Source of the DNA: Eledone cirrhosa
Taxonomy: Eukaryota
Direction of reading: 5' to 3'
Assembly: GCA_964016885.1 (NCBI GenBank)
Contig: OZ024740.1
Span: forward strand, 111,290,001-111,354,000
Length of the DNA: 64,000 nt
The position numbers and the translations under genes were made by a program. Under the pieces are notes generated by a model. That model was not told the DNA's origin. It ran no database searches and was given only the letters and a program-made list of their open reading frames with translations. Below, piece by piece: positions 63,492 through 64,000 of this stretch (the first letter of the stretch is position 1; each line of letters starts with the position of its first letter).

Positions 63492-64000
63492 TAAAATAAC
63501 AGATTAAGGTTTAAGCAAAGAATCGCTGCTTTCACCCTTAACGGGATCTTCTGAAACTAACAAAGTCAATCTTTAAACAAAGAAGTGAATATTTCAAAAA
63601 AAGTTGCAACCGGAGAAAGACAGGAAGACGATACTTTGGTTCGTGGAAACGTTCCCTGGCAAAGAACGGGAAAAAATGGATATAATACGTCATTATTTGG
63701 AGCGGTGAAAAACAATTACACGCAAAGACAGAACCACGTTTATGGTATAAAAGAAGTCGTAGACTAATATTCTCTTAGGTGGTTCATAGAGACGTTCTCT
63801 GGCAATGAACGGAAAAAACGAAGATAATACTTCATAAGTGGACCGTGGAGAACAATTGCACGCAAAGACAAAACCACGTAAATGGTATAACTGAAGTCGT
63901 AGACTTTTCACCGCTCCAAATAATGACGTATTATATTCGTTTTTTCCCGTTATTTGCCAGGGAACGTTTCCACGAACCAAAGTATCGTCTTCCTGTCTTA
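63492..64000 (-). mobile_element. pLTR of a related subfamily with an inversion at about 63900; runs off the window
   Basis: Diverged copy of 62932-63340; 63905-64000 is the reverse complement of about 63618-63712. Confidence 0.85.

Overview
Repeat-saturated invertebrate animal DNA. The SINE family and the (TA)n/(CA)n landscape suggest an octopus or other cephalopod (inference). No intact host gene is evident. Bases 1-19,840 are a giant 48-bp-unit tandem array that reads as an Asn/Thr mucin-like repeat (MTTNNKTNNITTNTTT). It is broken by amplified stop/frameshift variant units and cut off by an antisense CRE-like retrotransposon. Bases 22-31 kb hold tRNA-derived SINEs and a full-length decayed Tx1/L1 LINE. 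Bases 32.5-64 kb are a nested cluster of elements separated by (TA)n: three families of Naiad-type Penelope-like elements (RT + GIY-YIG) with direct and inverted pLTRs, a CR1-group LINE, a second Tx1 fragment, a 2.2-kb non-autonomous LTR element with a tRNA-Trp PBS, and two tandem arrays (481 and 524 bp) with one hammerhead ribozyme per unit. By eye I count about 27 type I hammerhead motifs. Several families carry family-wide non-canonical cores (U3-A8 swap, U4C, U4A, U3-A8 plus A13C) or 50-100-nt stem II insertions, which is the most interesting signal here. All calls come from manual motif reading; no searches or folding were run.
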